NCBI GenBank assembly: GCA_963786935.1
Contig: CAWBAN010000001.1
Coordinates: 608,001-672,000 of the forward strand
Reading direction: 5' to 3'
Length of the DNA stretch: 64,000 nucleotides
Origin: an uncultured bacterium
GTDB taxonomy: Bacteria; Krumholzibacteriota; Krumholzibacteriia; Krumholzibacteriales; Krumholzibacteriaceae
The notes below the pieces were generated by a model, which was given only the letters and a program-made list of their open reading frames with translations, ran no database searches and had not been told where the DNA came from. Below are positions 58,690-64,000 of this stretch, piece by piece; positions within the stretch are counted from its first letter, which is position 1, and every line of letters starts with the position of its first letter. A program made the position numbers and the translations under genes.

Positions 58690-60408
58690 ATGCGGAAACG
58701 TCTCATGATCGTCCTCGTCGCGTCGCTGTGCGTCATCCCGGCCGTCGGCGCGCGCGCGCAGACGGACTACGACCAGAGCGCGCTCATCGCGTATCTCAAG
58801 GGCATCTACCTCGAATCCGAGGATTACTTCGCCGACGCATATCAGTATTACCTCTACGCGGCCGCCCGCGATTCGGGAAACGCGCGCATCCTGCTCCGGC
58901 TTTCGAAGGTCGCGCTCCGGATCGGCGAGCTCGAAGCGGCGAAGACGTACAGCGGGGATCTCATCGCGCGGGGAGCGTACCTCGGCGACGCGCGATCGGT
59001 GCTCGCCGAAACCGAATACCGGCTCGGCAACAAGGAGGTCGCGCTCACGCTCCTCGAAACGCTCCGGGGCGACGCGGACGTCCCCCTGTTCCCGATTCTC
59101 AAGTTTCTCGCCAAGATACATCTCGAGCTCAACAAGGTCGATGAGGCGCGGCGGGATCTCCGCGAGGCGAGCGCGCTCCCCGAGGCCGATTTCTACGTGT
59201 GGTACGAGCTCGGGCTCCTCGAAGCCGATGCGGGGCGAACCGGCGAGGCGATCGAGGCGCTCGCCCGCGCGATCGAGATGGATCCGGACTACGCGAACGC
59301 GCACGTGGCGCGCGCCCGGCTCTTCAAGGGCGCGGGCCGCACCGCCGAGGCGGAGCGGGAATACCGCGAGGTCCTGCGGCTCGAGCCCGCCAACCGGGAG
59401 GCGCTCGACGGCATCGGCGAGATCCTGTTCACGGAGCGGCGGTTCGACGACGGGGTGGCGCTGCTGGCGCCGCTGCACGAGAAAGGATCGCTCGACGAGC
59501 GGGGCGAGCTCGTGTACGGGAGATTCCTCCACAAGGCCGGCAAGAACGAGCAGGCGCTCGCCGTCTTCGGCGAGCTCATGAAAACGATGGGAGAGCGCCC
59601 CGCGCTGCTGCGGGTTCTCTCCGAGATGGAGATCGAGGAGGGGCGCTTCCGGACCGCCTGCGATCATCTGAAGCGGCTCGTCGAGCTCGAGCCGGACCGC
59701 TTCGACAACTACATCGGCCTGCTCCTCATTTTCTATCGCGCCGTCGACGGGCCGTCCGGACCGGACGAAGCGGTCGAGGCGACGGACGCCGAGCGCCGGG
59801 AGTACCTCGCGAAGGCCGTGTCGCTCGCGTCGGACGACACCCCGGAGGACTATTTCCTGCTCGGCTCCATTCTGCGCAAGGGAGGGGAGGCGGCGGAGGC
59901 GGAACGTCTCCTCTTGAAGGCCGAACGGCTCGACCCGAAGAACGAGAACGTGGCGCTCGAGCTCGCCGCGCTCTACGGGCATGAAGGCCGGTTCGACGAC
60001 GCCCTCGCGCGCGTCGTGCCGCTGTACGAGAAGGATCAGGAGAATCCGACGCTCGCGAATCTCTACGGGTATCTCCTCGCGGAGAAGGGCGTGAAGCTCG
60101 ATGTGGCGGAGTCGCTCCTCGGCAAGGCGCTCGGCAGCGAACCGGAGAACGGGTATTTCCTCGACAGCCTCGGGTGGATACGCTTCAAGCAGGGGCAGTA
60201 TCGCGAGGCGCGCGACGTGTTTCTCAGGGCGATCGACCGCGTGTCGGACGACGCGGTGATATGGGAGCATCTCGGCGATACGTACCTCCGGATGAACGAG
60301 CGGGGGAAAGCGCTCGACGCGTACGAGAAAGCGCTCGCCATCGATCCCGCGGCGAAGAGCGCGGGCGAGAAGGCGGGAAGGCTCAGGAACGATGAGAGCA
60401 ATCGGTAA
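58690..60408 (+). CDS. Exported multi-TPR protein
   Basis: Signal peptide ending ARA|Q; many TPRs; N..GY.L, LDSLGW, EHLGD motifs. Confidence 0.88.
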   Translation: MRKRLMIVLVASLCVIPAVGARAQTDYDQSALIAYLKGIYLESEDYFADAYQYYLYAAARDSGNARILLRLSKVALRIGELEAAKTYSGDLIARGAYLGDARSVLAETEYRLGNKEVALTLLETLRGDADVPLFPILKFLAKIHLELNKVDEARRDLREASALPEADFYVWYELGLLEADAGRTGEAIEALARAIEMDPDYANAHVARARLFKGAGRTAEAEREYREVLRLEPANREALDGIGEILFTERRFDDGVALLAPLHEKGSLDERGELVYGRFLHKAGKNEQALAVFGELMKTMGERPALLRVLSEMEIEEGRFRTACDHLKRLVELEPDRFDNYIGLLLIFYRAVDGPSGPDEAVEATDAERREYLAKAVSLASDDTPEDYFLLGSILRKGGEAAEAERLLLKAERLDPKNENVALELAALYGHEGRFDDALARVVPLYEKDQENPTLANLYGYLLAEKGVKLDVAESLLGKALGSEPENGYFLDSLGWIRFKQGQYREARDVFLRAIDRVSDDAVIWEHLGDTYLRMNERGKALDAYEKALAIDPAAKSAGEKAGRLRNDESNR

Positions 60409-61161
60409 AGGTGCGGCGGCCTTCGGGATCGCCGCGGCCATCGCGCTCGTGCAGTCGTGCGCGTCGCTCGGGCCGCGCCGCGCCGAGGTTCCCTGCGACG
60501 AACGCTTCGAGGCATCCCTGTCTCCGGTGAAGCCGGGAGAGGGGATCGAGGTCGTCGGCACCATTCGCGCGGAGCTTCCCCGCTACCGGATCCGGGGGAT
60601 CGCGCGGATCGCCTATTCCCCCGAGGAAGGGGCCGCCCGGATCGATTTCAGGCATTCGAGCCTCTTCGGCGCCGTCGAGGAGGAGGTCACCCTCCTCGTC
60701 GGCGACAGCCTCGTCATACACGAACCCGAAAACGGCAGATTCATCGGCAACGATTCGTCGCTCGCGCTCGTACGGGAAGAGACGGGCTGCGAGATCGCGC
60801 CGGACGATATTCTCGCCGTGCTGCTGTTCGCGCCCCCGCGCTGCGCCGCCATGGAATCTCCCGTCGCCGAGGGCGGGGGCGAGGATTGGCGGCTGCGCGC
60901 GCGCTGGAGAGGCCGGCGCATCGAGATGCGGGGAGAGAATGACCGGGGGATCACGGAATTCAAGCTGTGCTTCGGGGGGGCGCCGGCTGCTACACGATCT
61001 CGTACGGCGAGCCGATGATCGTATCGGGACTGTCGTATCCCCGCTGGATGCGGATGAAGCGCGAAGGCGGCGCGGAACGGATAACATTCGATCTTGTTGA
61101 TATTAAAGCGATTACAGTGATGCAGGGCATGCTCGAAACGGAAGGGGCCGGGGAGCGATAG
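60392..61161 (+). pseudogene. Lipoprotein (LolB/DUF4292-like), frameshifted at a G7 tract
   Basis: Lipobox VQSC; the frame shifts at GGGGGGG (60974-60980) into ORF 60967-61161 (YTISYGE..YPRWMRM..ITFDL). Confidence 0.65.
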
Positions 61162-61201
61162 GGATGGCCGGCCGCGGTCTCGGGGCCGCGCGGACGCGGC
61201 G

Positions 61202-61227
61202 GGAACTTTTCCGAATACCGGGTGTTG
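61202..61227 (+). promoter_or_regulatory. ECF sigma promoter, likely autoregulatory
   Basis: GGAAC-N17-GTTG immediately before the ATG of the ECF sigma gene. Confidence 0.65.
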
Positions 61228-61231
61228 AATT

Positions 61232-61912
61232 ATGACGGACGAGAGGAACGGAGATGACGGGTTGAACAGACCGGTTGAGCTTCGGGAGCGCAGGATCGAT
61301 TTCGGCGAGCTCACCGACGAGGAGCTGATGCTCCTCGTCCAGGAGGGGCGGAACCAGGCGTTCGACGCGCTCGTCGGCAGATACAAGAACCGCCTGTTCA
61401 CCTACCTGTTCCGGCTTCTCGGGGATCGCGGCGAGGCGGAGGAATTCGCCCAGGAGACATTCGTCAAGGCGTACATCCATGCTGAAAAATACCGGACGAT
61501 CGCCCGTTTCTCGACATGGCTGTACACGATCGCGACGAATCTCGTTCGCAACCGCATGCGGAACGCGAAACGGAGGCCGGCGATGGTGAGCCTCTGGTCG
61601 GAGAACGCGGGGGGCGAAGAGGACGGCAAGTGGATGGAGCTGCGGGACGATACGCAGCGGCCCGATTACAATATGGAGCAATCGAACCTGAACGAGCTGA
61701 TCCAGGACGCGATCGAGAAGATTCCCGGAAAGTACCGTCCGGCCTTCGTGCTCCGGGAGATCAACGATTTGAGCTACGAGGAGATCGCCGCCGTGACCGG
61801 ACTCAAGCTCGGCACGGTGCGCTCGCGCATAAACAGGGGGAGGGCGCACTTCAAGAAGATGGTCGCCCCGTACGTCGCCAAGGATTTCGAGACCAAGGGG
61901 AACAAAGCATGA
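61232..61912 (+). CDS. ECF RNA polymerase sigma factor (RpoE/SigW-like)
   Basis: AFDALV, QETFVKAY, FSTWLYTIATN, LSYEEIA..GTVRSRINR. Confidence 0.93.
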   Translation: MTDERNGDDGLNRPVELRERRIDFGELTDEELMLLVQEGRNQAFDALVGRYKNRLFTYLFRLLGDRGEAEEFAQETFVKAYIHAEKYRTIARFSTWLYTIATNLVRNRMRNAKRRPAMVSLWSENAGGEEDGKWMELRDDTQRPDYNMEQSNLNELIQDAIEKIPGKYRPAFVLREINDLSYEEIAAVTGLKLGTVRSRINRGRAHFKKMVAPYVAKDFETKGNKA

Positions 61913-62607
61913 AATGCGGCAAGGCGCAGGATCTGTACTTCTCAAGTCGCGACGGGGCGCTCGATGAGGCCGGTCGCATGGAGCTCGCGCGGCACCTCGC
62001 GCACTGCCCCTCGTGCGAGCTGCTCGTGAAGGAGCTGGAAGCGAGCCTCGATGCAGCCCGCGCGCTCCCCGAGCTCTCCGTGAGCGAGGGATTCGAGTGG
62101 AACGTGAAACGCCGCATCCTGCAGGAGAAATCGAAGCTCATGCGCCGCGACGTCGAGCCGAATCCGTTCGGCGAGCGGCGGTGGGTGCTCCGGTTCGCGC
62201 TCGGCGCCGCCGCCGCCGCGGTCTTCGTCATCGCCGCGACGACGTTCGTGGTGCAGCGGATCGGGATGAATGAGCCCCGCGTCAGGGAAGTCGCCCGCGC
62301 CGAGCGATCGGACGCCGCTCCGATACAGGCGCCGGCCGTCGAGAGGGACGCGTTCGCCGAGTACCGCGGCGCCGGCACTTTCGCGGGCCCCCGGATGGTA
62401 TCGGACAACATCTTCACCTTCGAGCGCGGCGGGGAGAGCGTCAGCCCGTCCCCGTTCGACGTCGTCGCCGCGTCCCGCGAGGATTCGCTCGCGCGCGAGA
62501 ACGAGCTGCTCAAGCGGCGGATTCAGCGCCTCGAACGTCAGATCCTGATGTACCGGGGCATGCTCGACAAGGAACGCATGCAGCGGCTCAATATGTCGCT
62601 GCCGTGA
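61909..62607 (+). CDS. Zinc-binding membrane anti-sigma factor (zf-HC2)
   Basis: C..DG.L...HLAHCPSC (HxxxCxxC), one TM helix; ATGA overlap with the sigma gene. Confidence 0.85.
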   Translation: MKCGKAQDLYFSSRDGALDEAGRMELARHLAHCPSCELLVKELEASLDAARALPELSVSEGFEWNVKRRILQEKSKLMRRDVEPNPFGERRWVLRFALGAAAAAVFVIAATTFVVQRIGMNEPRVREVARAERSDAAPIQAPAVERDAFAEYRGAGTFAGPRMVSDNIFTFERGGESVSPSPFDVVAASREDSLARENELLKRRIQRLERQILMYRGMLDKERMQRLNMSLP

Positions 62608-62702
62608 GCGGATCGATCCCGCGCGTCCCCCGCGCGGCGGAGCGCCATTTTCCGCTTGCCCCCGCGCCTCGTCCGGCCCTATTGTTCCCGTGGAGCACCG
62701 CC

Positions 62703-63725
62703 ATGAGAAACCTGCCGATCATCATCGCGTTCGCGTGCCTCGGAGCCGTGGCCGCCTCGTGCGGAAACCGGGGGCCGTTCAACACGCTCCCCGCGGGCTC
62801 GTACAGCGGAGTCGTGCTCGTGACCGAAACGGGCACGGTCGAGGGCCCGACGGCGGAGATGGTGAACGCCATTCAGCACGAGCTCGATTTCTATACGAAG
62901 AACGAGCTGCAGTTCAGGGTCCGCGTCGTGCCCGCCGTCGAGTTCGAGAAAGAAATCCCCGCGAAGAACATGGTGATCTTCGGCATCGTGAACCAGGGGA
63001 GAATCGGAGGCATCATCGAGCAGTTCATCGGCGCCTCGGGCGCGAAAGGGGTGCTCGAGGGGAGATACAGCGTCTTCAAGAAAATGAACGCTCCCGTCAA
63101 CGGGCAGCTCACGATCATCGTGACGGGTGTCTCCGCCGCGGATCTGGCGCTCGCCGCACGGGAGCAGGGAGCCGTTCTCCGGGATATTCTCGAAGCCGGG
63201 AACCGGGAGCGGATTCGCGAGTCGATGCTCAAGCAGGGAGAGGACACGTATCTCGAAAAGCGGCTGAAAGAACGGTACGGCTTCTCGCTGAGGATCCCGA
63301 GGGTTTACAAGCTCGACGAGGAGCGTCCCGAGGTTCCCGGAATCTCGCTCGTCCATCCCGAGCCGCCCCGCGTGCTTTCGGTATCGTGGAAGACGTTCGG
63401 AAACGGCACGGTGTCTCTCGCCGATTCGAACGAGCTCTATCGGATCAGGTCGGACGTTTCGTTCAAGCTGTTCGACAAGTACGTGATGCGGCGCGATCTC
63501 GTCAAATTCGGGACCACGCGGCTCGGCGCGTACGAGGCGGTGCGGATGGACGGATACTGGGAGAGCAGCGTCACGGCGGCCGGCGGCTCCTTCATCTGCT
63601 ATTTCATCGTCGACGGCGTCACCTCCCGCCTCTGGATCGTCGACTGTCTCGTCTACGCGCCGGGGCAGGACAAGAACGAGCTCCTGCGGGAAACGATGGC
63701 GTTCGCCGAGACGTTCTCCTTCTAG
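62703..63725 (+). CDS. Lipoprotein, DUF4837-like
   Basis: Lipobox AASC; GYWE..AGGSFICY..LVYAPG.DK C-terminal pattern. Confidence 0.7.
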   Translation: MRNLPIIIAFACLGAVAASCGNRGPFNTLPAGSYSGVVLVTETGTVEGPTAEMVNAIQHELDFYTKNELQFRVRVVPAVEFEKEIPAKNMVIFGIVNQGRIGGIIEQFIGASGAKGVLEGRYSVFKKMNAPVNGQLTIIVTGVSAADLALAAREQGAVLRDILEAGNRERIRESMLKQGEDTYLEKRLKERYGFSLRIPRVYKLDEERPEVPGISLVHPEPPRVLSVSWKTFGNGTVSLADSNELYRIRSDVSFKLFDKYVMRRDLVKFGTTRLGAYEAVRMDGYWESSVTAAGGSFICYFIVDGVTSRLWIVDCLVYAPGQDKNELLRETMAFAETFSF

Positions 63726-63748
63726 CGCGCCCGGACGGGCGCATTCTC

Positions 63749-63777
63749 TTGACAGCGCGCGTTCCCTCTGATAGCTT
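63749..63777 (+). promoter_or_regulatory. sigma70 promoter
   Basis: TTGACA, 17-nt spacer, TAGCTT with TGn extended -10. Confidence 0.65.
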
Positions 63778-63821
63778 CGAACAGGTTGATTCTGACCTCT
63801 CGGATTCGAAAGGCCCGCAGC

Positions 63822-64000
63822 ATGAGCGATGATCTGCAGAACCTGATCGAACGGTACAACCGCGCGCGCGATTCGCGGCTCTTCGCCCCGCTCGCGGACG
63901 CCTACCGCAAGAACGGCGATATCGACACGGCCATCGAGGTCCTCGAGCGCGGGCTCGAGAAGATGCCGCAGTACGCGAGCGCCCACGTGATCCTGGCGAA
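63822..64000 (+). CDS. TPR protein (5' part, runs off the window)
   Basis: MSDDLQNLIERYNRARDSRLFAPLADAYRKNGDIDTAIEVLERGLEKMPQYASAHVILA. Confidence 0.8.
   Translation, partial: MSDDLQNLIERYNRARDSRLFAPLADAYRKNGDIDTAIEVLERGLEKMPQYASAHVILA

Overview
A high-GC, gene-dense chromosomal segment, almost all on the + strand, from a diderm bacterium (LPS, TonB and secretin genes present). It is probably an anaerobic member of the FCB group; that taxonomy is inference only. From left to right: thiC, a DinG helicase, hutU-hutI, a large TPR protein, a PHP hydrolase, and a solitary ECF S-component paired with a TonB-type receptor. Next is a complete Myxococcus/Geobacter-like type IVa pilus locus (pilBTC-pilSR, two pilins, ABC/TPR module, pilD, pilMNOPQ) with four sigma54 promoter motifs. 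It is followed by rsmD-coaD-aminotransferase-FAD oxidoreductase-obgE, a secreted serpin beside a menG/ubiE remnant, an ABC-2 exporter, a nitroreductase, a PflX-like radical SAM gene, a 4x-frameshifted nucleotide-sugar dehydrogenase, dprA and LPS genes. The right end holds an arginine-synthetase-like (COG2403) gene, sucCD-ndk, yceD-rpmF-plsX-fabHDG-acpP-fabF-rnc, and an ECF sigma/anti-sigma pair. No rRNA, tRNA, CRISPR array, transposase or prophage was recognised. The most unusual signals are: (1) two tandem pilins with near-identical head-domain DNA but divergent N-terminal helices, the reverse of the normal pilin pattern; (2) a histone-H1-like basic tail fused to SucD; (3) an arcE-like gene next to sucCD-ndk; (4) a miropin-like serpin that seems to have replaced most of menG. 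All calls come from motif reading by eye; no database search was run.
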